This document shows positions 63,101 through 64,000 of a stretch of DNA of 64,000 nucleotides, piece by piece. Each line of letters opens with the position of its first letter. The stretch's first letter is position 1. The notes beneath the pieces were generated by a model. The model was given only the letters and a program-made list of their open reading frames with translations. It was not told the DNA's origin and did no database searches. A program made the translations under genes and the position numbers. The stretch is from Podarcis cretensis (taxonomy: Eukaryota), in assembly GCA_951804945.1 (NCBI GenBank), contig OX638149.1, positions 90,520,001-90,584,000 of the forward strand. Direction: 5' to 3'.

Positions 63101-64000
63101 TGAATGTTTGTGACCTGTTAAGTCTCTCTTGTAGTATTGATGAGCTTTCATGTCCCGCTGAAGAAATAATGGTACAAAGGAAATTTGATATCACATAGTG
63201 ATGGATATCAAGACTAGTGTTATAATGGAGGGCGTATGTATGAGGGATGCAGTGCTTAATTGAACAGCTAGAGCAATCAATTAAAATACTTTTAATTGAC
63301 TAAAAATTGTGCCCCCAATCAATCATGCAACAGATTATATTATATATTGCAGATGCCAAGCACCATCTCAAAAGAAGCATTCTGTTTTTTTTTTATTTAA
63401 GTAGGTTTTTTTTAACCTTGGCTTTTAGGGTGTCTACTCTCCAAGGTGGATTACACGCAATATTAAGACACTACAACATTAACATTTCAAATATAGCCAT
63501 AAGTGACAGAACAAAAATAGCAGCAAGAGATGAAACAAACAGCTCTTATGTAAAGGAACCATAGAAACACCCAAATGTAGACCTGCTTTCGTAAAGGCCA
63601 AGAGAGATGAGGCCACATGTATGTCCATGAGGAGGCTATTCCAAGGATACAGGACCACAACAGAAAAGTGTTTATCCTGTCCTGGGTACCCAGAAACCTA
63701 ACAACTTTTGCCATGTATTGGAGAACAGGACTTCACATGCTGATCTTAAAGCTCAGGCAAGGACACATGGATGCAGGTAGTCCTTGAGATAGCCTGGTCC
63801 CAAACCGTTCAGGCATTTAAAAGGTTAATAGCATAGCAGAACCGTAAATTCACCCCAGAAGTGAACAGTTAATCTAAAGGCCAAACTCTGGTGCTTGGAC
63901 CTTTAGGTAGAGTGCAATGCCATCCACTACCAGCTGTGTACCACCATCCAGATTTGCAGATTTCACAGTCCACAGCATGTCCATTTTGTCCGGATTAAGT

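Overview
Vertebrate genomic DNA, almost certainly a squamate (lizard), judging by a Sauria-type SINE, other tRNA-derived SINEs and abundant hAT/Tc1-mariner MITEs. The window holds most of one + strand multi-exon gene, BIN1 (amphiphysin 2). Exons equivalent to human exons 3-20 can be read directly, with canonical splice sites, consistent phases and mostly the expected lengths. They cover the N-BAR domain, neuronal exon 7, muscle PI exon 11, CLAP exons 13-16, the Myc-binding region and SH3, with the stop at 57633-57635. Exons 1-2 were not found and presumably lie upstream. The main anomaly is a tandem duplication of CLAP exon 16: two intact 120-nt copies at 45766-45885 and 49127-49246, separated by an internally deleted L1, with reciprocal indels in the flanks. 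A second lead is an unannotated-looking, in-frame 81-nt GC-AG cassette exon candidate with a PxxPxR motif between exons 13 and 14. Most ORFs in the supplied track are spurious intronic frames. Exon numbering follows my recollection of the human 20-exon scheme.
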